From Syncephalis fuscata S228 (lineage: Eukaryota > Fungi > Zoopagomycota): a stretch of DNA of 64,000 nucleotides. Location: positions 310,001 to 374,000 of the forward strand of contig JAHLTZ010000025.1 of NCBI GenBank assembly GCA_025786725.1. The letters run 5' to 3'. The position numbers and the translations under genes are program-made. Below, one piece after another: positions 63,083-64,000 of the stretch. Position 1 is the first letter of the stretch, and the number at the start of each line of letters is the position of its first letter. The notes under the pieces were generated by a model. The model was not told the origin of the DNA, did no database searches, and saw only the letters and a list, made by a program, of their open reading frames with translations.

Positions 63083-64000
63083 TTACGAAGCGCATACCTT
63101 AATAGTCGAGCTCAATGGGGATTCTGATCCCAAGAACGATCGCTTATTCTTTAATTTAGGCGAGTGCGCTTTGTCATCTGTAGATGCTGTTATTGTTGTT
63201 GTTGTTGCCGATGAATCAATGACTGCTGTCGTCGAATCTGCTTCAATAGGCAGCAATACAGATGAATCAAGAATACTAGCATCTGGATTATCTGATGTAA
63301 GGACCATTGAGTTTTGTTGATCTATAAAGTAATTATAATAAATAAATAAACGATGTTATTATTAATGTTTATAATAGCTTACCTGAAAAACTCTTATCAT
63401 GGCTCATTTCAGCTGCCTCGTTATCATACTGATTGTCATGAGCTGGCGATGTTGATCGATCCATCTCGTCATCGGCCACGGCACTCTTGCGGCCACGTCG
63501 ACGAATAGCACGACTTAGTCGACGCAGTGCTTGTGGTGTGTGTGGTCGTGCTGTACCATTACCGCGCAATGCACTAACAACCTTCTTAAGACCGGATTTG
63601 CGCTTTGTTGTAGTGCTGGCTGGCACGGACAATGAATGGCCATCTTCTTCACCTTGGATCCCCGATGTATTCGACATATCCTGCGAAGCTGGATCGGTAT
63701 AGTCGGCCGTCACATCAAAGTCTGGAATCTTTGGACGACGGTGGAAGAGTGAACGGAAAAAGGTATCGGTATTGGTGGAGAACCGCTGGCTGCGTGTAGA
63801 TCCACGAGTTGAAGCGGTGCCAGTGTTATTGGTCTTCTCCATAGTACTGCTATTGCTAGTGGACGTATTGGCCATATCTTGCGTCATTTTATGCAATACA
63901 CGGCGCATTTGAACATTTTTATCTAGCAATTCTTGTCGTTCCAATCGATGTTGAAGCGAAGCAGCTTCATATTCATCGATACGCGACTCGTAATGATCCC
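63083..64000 (-). CDS. 3' part of an unidentified protein (coiled-coil then disordered tail); starts beyond the window
   Basis: Open frame ...YESRIDEYEAASLQHRLERQELLDKNVQMRRVLHKM (heptad-like) continuing through spliced exons; the final exon and stop could not be resolved. Confidence 0.55.

Overview
Eukaryotic, AT-rich, gene-dense fungal DNA with short (~50-80 nt) GT-AG introns. The gene content (fungalysin M36, S8 subtilase, signal-peptide kinase-fold proteins, orphan 7TM protein) suggests an early-diverging parasitic fungus, most likely Zoopagomycota (Syncephalis-like); this is inference. About 23 protein genes are present. Housekeeping: TFIIE-alpha, DPH4, AIG2/GGCT, gluconokinase, PPR, Ser/Thr kinase, MND1, ELP2, F-box, ANP32-like, AOX, ATP synthase e. 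Regulatory: a cluster of three transcription factors (two paralogous Zn2Cys6 and a CYS-3/MetR-like bZIP). Secreted or effector-like genes lie between them in AT-rich spacers. Most notable: (i) five CGG-N7-CGG (AIM / AcuK-AcuM type) sites in the AOX promoter; (ii) two secreted kinase-fold proteins, one with a tyrosine-kinase-type HNDIAARN loop and one a triple-dead pseudokinase with a 15-aa repeat array; (iii) a non-coding dispersed repeat family (4 copies) with subterminal motif arrays and nested ~200-250 bp palindromes, two near-identical copies of which bracket a Zn2Cys6 gene as 1.2-kb direct repeats; (iv) one good and one weaker candidate H/ACA snoRNA. Many CDSs carry single-base deletions that look like long-read assembly errors. 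All coordinates were read by eye, so exon boundaries are approximate.
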